A stretch of DNA of 24,442 nt from an uncultured Caldisericota bacterium. GTDB lineage: Bacteria > Caldisericota > Caldisericia > Cryosericales > Cryosericaceae. Under the pieces are notes generated by a model that searched no databases, had not been told where the DNA came from, and worked only from the letters and a program-made list of their open reading frames with translations. Each line of letters opens with the position of its first letter. Within the stretch, counting starts at the first letter, position 1. The stretch covers positions 1 through 24,442 of the forward strand of contig CAZEWU010000002.1 of the NCBI GenBank assembly GCA_964516155.1, read 5' to 3'. This document shows positions 7,929-17,104 of this stretch, piece after piece. Made by a program: the position numbers and the translations under genes.

Positions 7929-9119
7929 ATGAGCGAATATGAGGAACTTCATCAGGCGCTGGCAGGTTACGTCGCCGAGGCTGTCCAGCACCGGCGCCAT
8001 CTGCATGCGCATCCTGAACTGTCCCACGAGGAACACCAGACGCAGCGGTATATCATGGAACAGCTGGCAGCTCTGGGACTTGACCCGCGTCCCATCTCAA
8101 CGACCGGCGTGACCGCCCTGGTGCAGGGAACACGCGGAACAGCCGCCGATCGCGTCCTGCTGTTCCGGGCCGATATCGATGCGCTGCCTATCGCTGAGCA
8201 GACCGGCCTGCCGTTCGCTTCGCAGAACCCCGGTGTCATGCACGCCTGCGGTCATGACGGCCATACGGGCGCCCTGCTCGCCGCCGCACACTGGATGACC
8301 GATCACCGGGACCAGTTCGGCGGGACCGTAAAACTGCTGTTCCAGCCGGCCGAGGAACGTTCTCCGGGCGGAGCCCTGAACTGTATCCGGGAAGGCGTCC
8401 TGCAGGATCCCGCCGTGACGTTCGTCTTCGGCCTGCACCTCCAGAATCTGCTTCCATGCGGAGACATCGGTCTCTGTGACGGCCCCCTCATGGCACAGTC
8501 GGACCGCTTTACCATCACCGTGCATGGCAAGGGAGCTCACGCCGCCATGCCGCAGCACGGCGCCGATCCCATCCTGGCGGCCGCCCATATCGTCACGGCC
8601 CTCCAGTGCATCGTCTCCCGTGAGACCGATCCCCTGCGCAGCCGCGTAGTGACCATCGGCAGCGTGAACGGGGGATCTGCTTTCAATATCATCCCCGACA
8701 CGGTGACCATGACCGGGACGCTGCGGGCGTTTTCCAGCGCGGAAGCGGCGGACGGAGCGGAGAGCCTGCGCCGTGTCGTGGAGCACACGGCCCTCGCCCT
8801 GGGCGTCACGGCGACCCTCGACTATGAAGTGGGGTATCCGCCCCTCATCAACCCGGCCGATGCCGTCGAGCTGGTACGCCCCGCCCTTGAAGCTGCGGTT
8901 GGCGCCAACCATGTCGTCCGTCCTCAGCCGTGGATGGGCGGCGACGATTTTGCCCGTTACCAGCTGAAGGTCCCGGGCGTCTTCGTCCTCATCGGATCGC
9001 GCAATGAAGCCAAAGGTAATACAGCCCCTCTTCACAGCCCGTCCTTCACGTTCGATGAGGATGCGCTGAGCGCCGCCGTGGCCACTCTCGCCTCCGTCAC
9101 CCGGTCCTACCTGGGATGA
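7929..9119 (+). CDS. M20 family metallopeptidase / amidohydrolase (N-acyl-amino-acid amidohydrolase, hippurate-hydrolase-like)
   Basis: M20D signatures: 'HAHPELSHEEHQT', 'ADIDALPI', 'HACGHDGH'. GGAGG lies 7 nt upstream of ATG 7929; the track ORF begins 9 codons earlier. Confidence 0.85.
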   Translation: MSEYEELHQALAGYVAEAVQHRRHLHAHPELSHEEHQTQRYIMEQLAALGLDPRPISTTGVTALVQGTRGTAADRVLLFRADIDALPIAEQTGLPFASQNPGVMHACGHDGHTGALLAAAHWMTDHRDQFGGTVKLLFQPAEERSPGGALNCIREGVLQDPAVTFVFGLHLQNLLPCGDIGLCDGPLMAQSDRFTITVHGKGAHAAMPQHGADPILAAAHIVTALQCIVSRETDPLRSRVVTIGSVNGGSAFNIIPDTVTMTGTLRAFSSAEAADGAESLRRVVEHTALALGVTATLDYEVGYPPLINPADAVELVRPALEAAVGANHVVRPQPWMGGDDFARYQLKVPGVFVLIGSRNEAKGNTAPLHSPSFTFDEDALSAAVATLASVTRSYLG

Positions 9120-9661
9120 AACTCTCCGTCAGGCGGCTCGCGCAGCTTGCAGTCATGGTAGCGCTGCTCGTGATCAGCGCTCTGATCACTGTGCCGCTGC
9201 GGCCGGTCCCCATCACCCTTCAGGATGTCCTAGTCGTGCTGACGCCTCTTCTGTTCGGCGAAACCGCTTACGTCGCCGTACTGGCCTACCTGCTGCTTGG
9301 TCTTGTCGGTCTTCCGGTCTTTGCCGGCGGGCTCTCGGGCATGGCGACCTTCTCCGGTCCGACCGGGGGGTTTCTGATCGGGTTCCTGCTGGTCGCCATC
9401 GTGATCGGACTGATCGCCGGTCACCGGCCGGGGAAATCCTTTGCCCATAACCTGATCCTGTCCGAAGGGTCCCTGGTCCTTATCTACGTCCCGGGCATCC
9501 TGTGGATGCAGCATGTCCTGGCGCTGCGGGGAGCGTCTGAGCGCGCAGCTCTCGTCGCGCTTGTCCCCGTCTTCGCGGTCGACGTCCTCAAGATGGTCTT
9601 CACGGCACTCCTGGTCCGCCCTCTGCAGGAAGCACTGGCAGAGAAGGAAGAAGCGGCATGA
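9116..9661 (+). CDS. bioY: biotin transporter BioY (ECF-type S component)
   Basis: A ~180-aa polytopic membrane protein matching BioY ('VPITLQ', 'GLPVFAGG', 'GPTGGFLIGF'). Its start overlaps the stop of the M20 gene (ATGA). Confidence 0.85.
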   Translation: MKLSVRRLAQLAVMVALLVISALITVPLRPVPITLQDVLVVLTPLLFGETAYVAVLAYLLLGLVGLPVFAGGLSGMATFSGPTGGFLIGFLLVAIVIGLIAGHRPGKSFAHNLILSEGSLVLIYVPGILWMQHVLALRGASERAALVALVPVFAVDVLKMVFTALLVRPLQEALAEKEEAA

Positions 9662-10818
9662 GTCACAAAGTCCTGCTTGCATACGCCGGCATCGGAAGCG
9701 GTCACGAACAGGCAGCCCGGGCTCTGGGCGAGGAATTCGACCGCATCGGCTGGGAGACATCTTATGTGGATTTTCTCGACGAAGTGCCGGCGCCCATGCG
9801 ATTTGTCATGCGGGATGCCTACCTGCAGCTGCTCAAGATCCTTCCCCAGGCCTATGATATGGCGTTCCGCCGGACGGTCACCCTCGACCTCAAGGATGCC
9901 GAACGCACGACGCGCATGCTTTCCAACATCGGATACCGGAAGCTGCGCGACCTGGCCCTGGCCGAGAAACCGGACGCCATCATCTGCACCAACCTGTGGC
10001 CGACCCTGGCGTTTGCCAAAGTCAAACAGCACTGGCTGCCGGATACTCTGCTGATCAACTGTTTCACCGATTACGTCCTGCAGACGCTCTACATGTCCAA
10101 GGGCGTAAGCTGGCACGTTTCAGCCAACGAAGACCTGACTTCCCGGTTCCTGACCGCGCACCGTCGGTTACATGTCCCGATCTATCCTTTCGGCATTCCT
10201 GTGCGTACAGCGTTTGCCGCTCAGCATTCCCGTCAGGAAGCGCGCGCGCTGCTGGGGATCCCGCAGGACGTCCGCCTTGCTCTGGTCATGGGAGGAGGAC
10301 TTGGCCTTGGGCACATCACGGAGGTCTGCGACATCCTGACCTCCACGCCTCTCCAGGGAACTGTGACGGTCATCGCTCTGTGCGGAAGGAATACCGATGT
10401 TCAGGAACAGGTACGCACGCTGGCGATCGCCCGCTCGCCTGTCCATACGATCCAGGCGGCCGGCTGGACCGATCAGGTCCCCGTGTATATGCAGGCAGCC
10501 GATCTCCTGGTCAGCAAAGCCGGGGGCGTGACGCTTGCGGAAGCCGCCGCGATCGGCGTACCGCTCCTTATCTACAATCCCCTGCCCGGTCAGGAAGCGG
10601 TCAACGCCTTATTCCTCACAGCACGCAACGCCGCACAGTCGGCAGATACCACGGACCAGCTGGTTGCCGCCGCTGAAAACCTGCTCTTTACAGAAAAAGG
10701 ACGCGAGACGGCGGATAACCTGCACCGGCTGGGAAAACCCGGCGCCGTCCACGACATCGTCGCCAAAATCTGTGCACAGACAACGCGTCATGAGGGGACG
10801 AGGAAGAAACATGGCTGA
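9658..10818 (+). CDS. GT28-family glycosyltransferase (MGDG-synthase / UgtP-like diacylglycerol glycosyltransferase)
   Basis: N-terminal 'GSGH' motif and C-terminal 'SKAGGVTLAEAAAIGVPL' typical of the MurG/UgtP GT28 fold. Its start overlaps the bioY stop (ATGA). Confidence 0.75.
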   Translation: MSHKVLLAYAGIGSGHEQAARALGEEFDRIGWETSYVDFLDEVPAPMRFVMRDAYLQLLKILPQAYDMAFRRTVTLDLKDAERTTRMLSNIGYRKLRDLALAEKPDAIICTNLWPTLAFAKVKQHWLPDTLLINCFTDYVLQTLYMSKGVSWHVSANEDLTSRFLTAHRRLHVPIYPFGIPVRTAFAAQHSRQEARALLGIPQDVRLALVMGGGLGLGHITEVCDILTSTPLQGTVTVIALCGRNTDVQEQVRTLAIARSPVHTIQAAGWTDQVPVYMQAADLLVSKAGGVTLAEAAAIGVPLLIYNPLPGQEAVNALFLTARNAAQSADTTDQLVAAAENLLFTEKGRETADNLHRLGKPGAVHDIVAKICAQTTRHEGTRKKHG

Positions 10819-11338
10819 TACGTTTCTCCCGGCCTGGGCCCGTCCGCTGCCCAAGCACGCCACTGCTTCCGGGTTCGTGGTCCGGGACGACCGCCTCCTC
10901 CTGGTCTTTCACCGCAAGCATAACGTCTGGATCTACCCGGGCGGACATGTCGAATCCAATGAGACGCCGGACGAAGCGTGTCTGCGTGAGATCTTCGAGG
11001 AGACGGGGCTCCACTGCCGCATCACCAGTCCGCGGGATACGACGCTCGGGCTGCCCGGCGTGGTCGAGGTCCTGCATATCCCGTGGATGGTCCTGTGCGA
11101 GCGTATCCCCCCGTACGGTACGCAGCCGGAGCACTGCCACATCGATTTTGCCTATATCTGCGAACCGCTGGCGGGAGAAGGGGACCATATCGTCGAGGAC
11201 AAGCGGGAGACCGACGGTATCGGCTGGTTTACCCTTGAGGAACTGGGATCGCTGAAACTCTTTCCCGATTTCCGCCGTCAGGCAACGGTCCTCCTGACCT
11301 CCCTGCGCACCGGGACCTGCCGGACCGTTCTCCCTTAA
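10811..11338 (+). CDS. NUDIX hydrolase
   Basis: Nudix box 'GGHVESNETPDEACLREIFEETGL'. GAGGAAGA lies before ATG 10811, which overlaps the GT28 stop by 8 nt. The track ORF's 92-codon upstream extension is out of context. Confidence 0.85.
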   Translation: MADTFLPAWARPLPKHATASGFVVRDDRLLLVFHRKHNVWIYPGGHVESNETPDEACLREIFEETGLHCRITSPRDTTLGLPGVVEVLHIPWMVLCERIPPYGTQPEHCHIDFAYICEPLAGEGDHIVEDKRETDGIGWFTLEELGSLKLFPDFRRQATVLLTSLRTGTCRTVLP

Positions 11339-11922
11339 GGTTCGCCGACCCAGCGCACAACGTCGGCAAGGGGGAGGCGCGGCCGCGCCGGTGGCTGTTC
11401 GGCTGGATATCCGAGAGCAACGGCTGCGACAAGCTGCCCCTGTTCTCCCAGCCACGTGCAGAGCTGCCGGTATGCCGAGAATATATCGCAGATCCACAGG
11501 CTCCCGACGCCGAGATCCTGCGCGGCAAGGATCATGTTCTCAATAGCCGCCCCGATAGACTGAGTATCCACCGTCTCCATAACCGTCTGTTCAATGGAGT
11601 GATGGACCAGAGGTGAGATGCCTCCCGGATTGAAGACAAAGATGGTCACGGGCGCCTGCTCCATAACCTCGGCTGTATGCTCCGCACTTCCCGTCATCAG
11701 TCCATCCGCCTTCCGCTCGGCAATGCCTTTGCGCATGGCGCCCGCCATCTCCACCCGGTGTTTTTCATCGGACACGATGACAAAGCGCCACGGCTGACCA
11801 TTCTTGCCGGAGGGAGCCAGGGTCGCCGCCGTGAGAATGTCCCGCAGGACCTCTTCCGGCAGCGGCTGGTCGGTAAACATGCGAATGCTCCTGCGTGCTG
11901 CAATTGCCTCTCTCGTGTTCAC
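11335..11922 (-). CDS. nitroreductase family protein
   Basis: 'REAIAARRSIRMF' N-terminal motif and overall nitroreductase-fold pattern. The track start (11940) is GTG with no SD. GTG 11922 is preceded by AAGGAGGAG (5-nt spacing), so I use it; either start is possible. Confidence 0.75.
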   Translation of the reverse strand: MNTREAIAARRSIRMFTDQPLPEEVLRDILTAATLAPSGKNGQPWRFVIVSDEKHRVEMAGAMRKGIAERKADGLMTGSAEHTAEVMEQAPVTIFVFNPGGISPLVHHSIEQTVMETVDTQSIGAAIENMILAAQDLGVGSLWICDIFSAYRQLCTWLGEQGQLVAAVALGYPAEQPPARPRLPLADVVRWVGEP

Positions 11923-11953
11923 CTTCTCCTCCTTGTACACCAGACTCAGACTG

Positions 11954-13312
11954 TTATGGAGCGATCGCCAATGCTCCCATGGGATCCCACGGCGGCAGCA
12001 CGATCGGCTCCTGCGTGAAGATCTGCTGGAGTTCCTCGCTCAGGAATTTGCGCCCGACCGCAAGTTCGTAGACATATTCGTCGAACCAGGCGTCGCTCAT
12101 GACCAGGTAGCCCTTGTCGCCCAGTTTGTCGCCCCAGGAATTTTCGACACGCCACTTGCGCGGATGCCCGTCGTCATCGAGGTCGACGCCGGTGAACACC
12201 ATGGCATGCGTCATCATGCTCTGGCCGTAGTCGATGCGCTCCGCCTTGTCGCTCAGCAGGCCTTCGCCGTAGACCAGGTCGTACTCATACGTGTGCAGGT
12301 CCAGCAGCCCGAGGTCCCGTTCCATGAACTTGCCGACATCGCAGCCGAACCAGACCGGCTCGCCGGCGACCAGCATGTCCACGGCGGCCTTCTTGAACAC
12401 ATCGATGGGGAGGTTCAGGTAGCGGATGCCGTGTCCTTCGATGACATTGCCCAGGTACGAGATCGTGTACACGTGGTTCATGGGCTTGTCGGCAGTCGGG
12501 CAGTTGATGATGCAGCCCTTCTCATCCAGATCGATTCCCACATACTGGCTGAAAAAGTCCTGAGGTGTGATCATGCCGTCGCGGTGGAACATGTTGTCCT
12601 TGTCCCGCCACTGCCACAGGAACTCCGTGGGAGGCGTCCCAAGGTGAATGCAGAGCATGCGGTACAGAACACTCATCATCGCATCCTTGCGGGAACGCAG
12701 GACGTTTATATCATCCCCGTTCGTGGACATGCGCCGCAGTTCGGCCGCATATTCGCGCAGCTTGGCGGCGAGGATCGCGTTCATCAGGGATGAATTGCTG
12801 CTGCTCTGCGTCTCGGGCATGACGGTCTTGGGCACGACCCCGTACTTGCGCACCAGGTTGCAGAACATATCCCACTGCCCGCCGTCATCTACCGGATGCG
12901 CCATGAGGTGCATGAGCAGACGCCCGTCGGTCGGCTCCTTCAAGGTCACCAGGATCTTCTCGAGGAAGTAGTTGGCCTTTTCCAGTTTGTCCCAGAACAT
13001 CTGGTAACTCTGGGAGAGTTCAAATTTCTCGACATTCAGACGCTTCATCGCGGGGCTCCGGAACGTGTTGAGGCCGGAGAACAGCCAGCAGCGGCCGCTC
13101 TTCTGCTGGGATGTCGCCTCATTGCTCGGCAGCAGTACGGAGAACGTGTGATCCGTCCTGGCCGCTACTTCGTGATTGAGCGCGACGTCGTGGACGGTCG
13201 CTCTGGTAACAGCATCCTGCGCGAGCCGGTTGACCGGGTCGCTCTCGAAAAATGTCTTGTACTGCCCGATTTTTTCTTCTGTCAGAATTTCCTCGGGGTT
13301 GACTTCATGCAT
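11954..13312 (-). CDS. pepC: aminopeptidase C (PepC / bleomycin hydrolase, C1B cysteine peptidase)
   Basis: Catalytic-Cys motif 'QQKSGRCWLFSGLN' and a C-terminal 'NSWG' region. AGGAGG lies 7 nt upstream of ATG 13312; the track ORF extends 40 codons further upstream. Confidence 0.85.
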   Translation of the reverse strand: MHEVNPEEILTEEKIGQYKTFFESDPVNRLAQDAVTRATVHDVALNHEVAARTDHTFSVLLPSNEATSQQKSGRCWLFSGLNTFRSPAMKRLNVEKFELSQSYQMFWDKLEKANYFLEKILVTLKEPTDGRLLMHLMAHPVDDGGQWDMFCNLVRKYGVVPKTVMPETQSSSNSSLMNAILAAKLREYAAELRRMSTNGDDINVLRSRKDAMMSVLYRMLCIHLGTPPTEFLWQWRDKDNMFHRDGMITPQDFFSQYVGIDLDEKGCIINCPTADKPMNHVYTISYLGNVIEGHGIRYLNLPIDVFKKAAVDMLVAGEPVWFGCDVGKFMERDLGLLDLHTYEYDLVYGEGLLSDKAERIDYGQSMMTHAMVFTGVDLDDDGHPRKWRVENSWGDKLGDKGYLVMSDAWFDEYVYELAVGRKFLSEELQQIFTQEPIVLPPWDPMGALAIAP

Positions 13313-13413
13313 GATACGCCTCCTGTTTTCTCCTTTAGAGTACACCGGGCAGGAAAATTTGCGAGAGGATCCCATCCCGTTGTCCTGCGCCAACAGCATT
13401 ATATACTGCAGAC

Positions 13414-14199
13414 ATGATGATTCGAGTGGCAAGCTGGAATGTGCGCGGCCTGGCCCGTCCTGCAGCCCAGCTGAATTTCCTCGGCCGGCAGGGCGCCGAC
13501 CTCCTGCTGCTGCAGGATGTGACGGAACACGCCGCAGACGCCGTCCGTAACAGCGGCTGCTGGCACAGCGTGCTGCGATCGCGGCACGACGGAGGAAGAC
13601 AGCGCGCCGGATGTCTGATCGCCGCCGGCAACGGCTGGGACCTCGGGGTCAGCGATGCCGTCGCCGGGGTCCCCGACGCCGAACGGACCCTGACGGCGAC
13701 GGCCAGACACGGCGACCTGACCCTGACCGTCGCCTGCTGCTATGCGCCCACGAATACCGGCCGCAGTGCGACGGACCGGCCGGCCTTCTTCACGGCCGTC
13801 GCCGCATGGCTCGCAGCAGCACCCACCCCGCTGCTGCTGGGCATGGACGCCAACGGACCGCGCGTGGATCATCCCGACCTGATGCACAACGTCTGGTGGT
13901 CCCCTGAAGAAGAACAGGTCCTCGGCGCTTCCGCCGTGACCTGCGACGCCCTGCGGCTGTGGTTTGACGGGCACCCGGAACAGCTCGCCCTGCGCAGACG
14001 CTATTATCCCCATGGTCCGCTGGCAGATTCCTATCACCGCGGGCGCAGGGGCAGGTTCCTCCGCTGCCGGTACGACAGCATCCGCGTCTCGCCGGGGATC
14101 CGCCCGCTGAGCGTCCGGTACTTCTACGACGAAGCGGTCGCTGCGGGCAGCGACCATGCGCTCGTTATTGCGGAGCTGGAACTGCCGCCCGCCCCCTGA
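13414..14199 (+). CDS. endonuclease/exonuclease/phosphatase (EEP) family protein, Xth-like
   Basis: 'IRVASWNVRGL' N-terminus and a C-terminal 'SDHALV' (the 'SDHAPV' of ExoIII-like enzymes). Strongly Arg/Ala-rich composition. A TTGTCC-N16-TATACT element ends only 6 nt before the ATG, so the mRNA could be leaderless. Confidence 0.7.
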   Translation: MMIRVASWNVRGLARPAAQLNFLGRQGADLLLLQDVTEHAADAVRNSGCWHSVLRSRHDGGRQRAGCLIAAGNGWDLGVSDAVAGVPDAERTLTATARHGDLTLTVACCYAPTNTGRSATDRPAFFTAVAAWLAAAPTPLLLGMDANGPRVDHPDLMHNVWWSPEEEQVLGASAVTCDALRLWFDGHPEQLALRRRYYPHGPLADSYHRGRRGRFLRCRYDSIRVSPGIRPLSVRYFYDEAVAAGSDHALVIAELELPPAP

Positions 14200-14872
14200 A
14201 GAGTGCGCCTGCAAGGATGAACGCAACCGCCAGGTATGCACACGTCTTTGGGATCATGAGCATGCCCACCAGGGGATGCTGCGGGGCAAACAGGATGACA
14301 GGGATATAACAGGCAAAGGACAGGACGATCATCCATGCGCTGCGCCGGAATGGAACGTCCTTCGTGCGGAACGCATCCCGGAACAGAAGGAAAACCAGTC
14401 CCGCCCCCTGGATTACGAGGGGAATATTGCGGATGATGCTCCAGGGCATCGGCGAGACTGCGCTGCTCCATGCGTTGACCGCCGGGATCATGAGCCCCAT
14501 CCGGAAGACGCCGGCCATGACCAGCAGCCACTCGAACCACCCGTATGCCTTTCCATACCGGACACGCCACACATCCAGCAGAACGATATAGAAGAGCGTT
14601 ACGGTAAATGCGGTCGCCGCCGTCCCGATCCCCACAAGCGCTGCATGCTTCTCCAGCCCGCCGTTCAGGTAGGCGAACACACGGAACCCGACGTGTCCGG
14701 TATCCCCGATACCCAGCAGGACAAAGGCCGCAAGAACGCGCTGCGCCGCCGGACGGTTAGCTGCAGTTACCGTGCCGAGACGTTTTGCCATCACGCCGAC
14801 CAGCGCCCACAGGACGACCAGATAGGCGCTGTCAAAACCTACTTCGATCCACTGGCGGAGAGCTGCAGACAT
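14165..14872 (-). CDS. hypothetical polytopic membrane protein (about 7 predicted TM segments)
   Basis: Hydrophobic periodicity throughout. A strong RBS (AAGGAGGA) precedes ATG 14872, which lies 9 nt after the stop of the upstream methyltransferase. The 3' end overlaps the convergent EEP gene by 35 nt. Confidence 0.6.
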   Translation of the reverse strand: MSAALRQWIEVGFDSAYLVVLWALVGVMAKRLGTVTAANRPAAQRVLAAFVLLGIGDTGHVGFRVFAYLNGGLEKHAALVGIGTAATAFTVTLFYIVLLDVWRVRYGKAYGWFEWLLVMAGVFRMGLMIPAVNAWSSAVSPMPWSIIRNIPLVIQGAGLVFLLFRDAFRTKDVPFRRSAWMIVLSFACYIPVILFAPQHPLVGMLMIPKTCAYLAVAFILAGALFRGRAAVPAPQ

Positions 14873-14881
14873 CGGTCCTCC

Positions 14882-15646
14882 TTACGGTTTCCGGAACGTC
14901 AGAAGATAGAGATTGGCGATACTGCTTTCCTCGTAATGAACATCCGTACAGCCCTCGGGAACATAATCGGCCGGAACGCGCAGGGCCTCGTCCTCCGCAG
15001 CGCCGGGAGCGCTTTCGGCGGTAGCATGGAAATTCTTGAGCGCATCGCAGATCATGATGGTCCCGCCGCTCCTGGCCACCCGCAGCATCTCCTCGACGAC
15101 GCCGGTCCTGTTGTTGGCGTAATTGAAGGAATCCACCGTGTACACAATGTCGAAGCTCCCGTCCTGCAGAGGCAGATACTCCGGTTCGGCCTGGACGCAG
15201 ACGACCTTGCGCCGCTTCCGCCGCAACGCGCGCGAGCACTGTCTGAGCATCTCAAACGAGAGGTCGACATCGACGTAGCTGGCACGGGGGTTCAGACGCA
15301 CAAGGTTCTGCCCGGTCCTGGCGCAGATCTCGGCGACGCTGTCGTCATCGTTGATCTTGAGACGGCTAAGATACTCCTGCACCTGCTCGCGATCCTTTGT
15401 ATGTTTCACGTGGGCATAGATGGACATGGAAAAGTTGTAATACTGCGCCATCTTGTCGTACATCTTCTGCGTGGCGGCGTTGTTGCCGATCAGCTGATAA
15501 CGGGACAGAAAACACGCTATGCCGTTCCGCACGATATACCGGCGTCCATCCTCACAGACAAGAAACTCTTCGCCGTGGGTCCGAACCCTGCGCAGCCACC
15601 CTTTCTTCAGGGGATCCTGCAATATCTTGACAGCTTCATCAGTCAT
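14882..15646 (-). CDS. class I SAM-dependent methyltransferase (Methyltransf_11-like) with an N-terminal Trm112-like segment lacking the Cys ligands; motif I degenerate ('CARTGQ')
   Basis: The pattern 'VDVDLSFEML...QAEPEYLPLQDGSFDIVYT...RVARSGGTIMICDA' matches the type-11 methyltransferase core. The start is at ATG 15646 ('MTDEAVKILQDP...'), preceded by GAGAGGAA. Confidence 0.65.
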   Translation of the reverse strand: MTDEAVKILQDPLKKGWLRRVRTHGEEFLVCEDGRRYIVRNGIACFLSRYQLIGNNAATQKMYDKMAQYYNFSMSIYAHVKHTKDREQVQEYLSRLKINDDDSVAEICARTGQNLVRLNPRASYVDVDLSFEMLRQCSRALRRKRRKVVCVQAEPEYLPLQDGSFDIVYTVDSFNYANNRTGVVEEMLRVARSGGTIMICDALKNFHATAESAPGAAEDEALRVPADYVPEGCTDVHYEESSIANLYLLTFRKP

Positions 15647-15742
15647 GGAAATTCCTCTCTCCGGACAGGTTTGAGTTGCAGCAGCACCTGTGCAGCTATA
15701 GTACTCCATCCCCATGACGGTTCAAGGCGGGAATCCTGAGGG

Positions 15743-16483
15743 TCAGCCGGCATCCGGCAACGCATCCTCCCTCCTGGACAGCTGGACGGAAAGGACGATG
15801 TCGGCGCACAGAAGGTGCAGCAACCCGACCGCCACGAGCAATGCCTCCCTGCCCGGCCGCAGGCACAGGACCGCCAGGCAGACTTCGCCGGCGGCCAGCA
15901 GAACCCCGGCCCACCGTGGAAGCTCATGCATAAACGGCTGTGTCAGCACGGCAAGGATCGTCAGGACATACCCTGCTCCAAGGATCCAGAACGTCCTGGA
16001 CAGGTAGCCGGCGAGGGCAGTCGCCTGACCAAGTGCATCTCCCACCTGGCTGCTGCCAAAAGGCAGCAACTGTCCGCCGATCCACAGGACCGCCACCGCC
16101 AGAGCGCCGAGGATGGTCGTACAGCGCATGGACCGCCGCTCCTCCGTCCGCAGCAGCGCGTCCATCGCCGCGCTGCGTTTCCGGAAGAAGGGCAGCGTAC
16201 TGAGAACGCAGATGAGAACGGCAACAGCCACGAGCGGTATGACCGCCTGTCGGGCTTTCCACTGCTGCATCAGCGACGCGACCCGCGCCTGCGTGATGAA
16301 CAGGCTCCTGATGGACTGCACCGCATCCCTTCCCACGGGCGGCACCAACAGGCTCCTGATACAGACATAGCCCATCAGCCCGGCTGCAAACCAGCGCGAC
16401 AGGGCGCATACCGTCAGCCATCCCTGCACATTCTCCCGCTTCCGGGCGAGATCTGCCGATACCGTCTCCCGTTCCTCTTCCAT
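15743..16483 (-). CDS. hypothetical membrane protein
   Basis: Multiple hydrophobic segments. A perfect RBS (AAGGAGGAG) lies 5 nt upstream of ATG 16483. Confidence 0.6.
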   Translation of the reverse strand: MEEERETVSADLARKRENVQGWLTVCALSRWFAAGLMGYVCIRSLLVPPVGRDAVQSIRSLFITQARVASLMQQWKARQAVIPLVAVAVLICVLSTLPFFRKRSAAMDALLRTEERRSMRCTTILGALAVAVLWIGGQLLPFGSSQVGDALGQATALAGYLSRTFWILGAGYVLTILAVLTQPFMHELPRWAGVLLAAGEVCLAVLCLRPGREALLVAVGLLHLLCADIVLSVQLSRREDALPDAG

Positions 16484-16487
16484 GATC

Positions 16488-16544
16488 TCCTCCTTCTTTC
16501 CATTCCCCTTCACATCCGTAACGCGCCGCGAGAAATCCTCAGTG
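16488..16544 (-). repeat. copy B of a ~55-bp direct repeat (minus-strand core CGCGTTAYGGATRTG...GGAAAGAAGG); overlaps the LOR stop and the RBS of the downstream membrane-protein gene
   Basis: About 75% identity to copy A (17105..17158) by manual alignment. Confidence 0.5.
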
Positions 16545-17036
16545 TCTCATGGACTGCTGCTGTGCCGCTGCCGCCTCAGCCTGGACGCAGTCGATGGCCA
16601 GCACGACCGCCAGCGCCGTGACAGCATCTCCCGGGTCGGCGATGTCCAGGACATAGCAGTCGCCCCAGGTCAGCCACTCCTTGTGGATCGCGGCGACTTC
16701 ATGCCCTTCCCGGGAGATGGAATAGTCGTGCGCGAAGAAATCCCCTTCAACGTCCCATCCCAGGCCGTCGATCGTATACCGGGAACGGAACAATGTAAAT
16801 TCCTTGACGATCTCCGCCACCTGAACGCCGTTCACCCAGACAGAGAACCGGGGCAGGAAGGACAGGACCTTCTGCTGGACAAGAGCGACCTCCTGACCGG
16901 CAGGATCCGTGATATGAAGCTTCTTCCCGAAGGAGAAAAACTCTCCTTCCACGTAATAGCAGTCATGATCGCCCTCGTCCCAGACGCGGAATCTGTCGGT
17001 CCAGGAAAAGACCTTCTGTTTAATGATCAGACGCAC
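16539..17036 (-). CDS. LURP-one-related / tubby C-terminal-like protein (DUF567; B. subtilis YxjI-like)
   Basis: The pattern 'IKQKVFSW.D.F.V.DE.G...YYVEG..FSFGKKLHI.D..G.EVA' followed by a second half-barrel repeat is characteristic of the LOR family. The track start (17045) is GTG directly after a TGA. GTG 17036 has GAGGTG 6 nt upstream. Confidence 0.6.
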   Translation of the reverse strand: MRLIIKQKVFSWTDRFRVWDEGDHDCYYVEGEFFSFGKKLHITDPAGQEVALVQQKVLSFLPRFSVWVNGVQVAEIVKEFTLFRSRYTIDGLGWDVEGDFFAHDYSISREGHEVAAIHKEWLTWGDCYVLDIADPGDAVTALAVVLAIDCVQAEAAAAQQQSMRH

Positions 17037-17104
17037 CGCAAGCACCTCACAAGTTTTATATGGCGTGGACCGTTGTTCCTTAAACTATACTCCGTTTATG
17101 TATT

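Noticed and set aside
8097-9035. 312-aa minus-strand ORF
   Set aside because: It is antisense to the M20 amidohydrolase, whose metal-binding motifs are unambiguous on the plus strand.
14156-15739. 527-aa plus-strand ORF
   Set aside because: It is antisense to the membrane-protein and methyltransferase genes. The translation is dominated by R/D/H/P runs with no recognisable domain, a typical long open frame from high GC content.
15815-16621. 268-aa plus-strand ORF
   Set aside because: It is antisense to the membrane-protein gene 15743..16483 and runs across the LOR gene stop. It has no start context.
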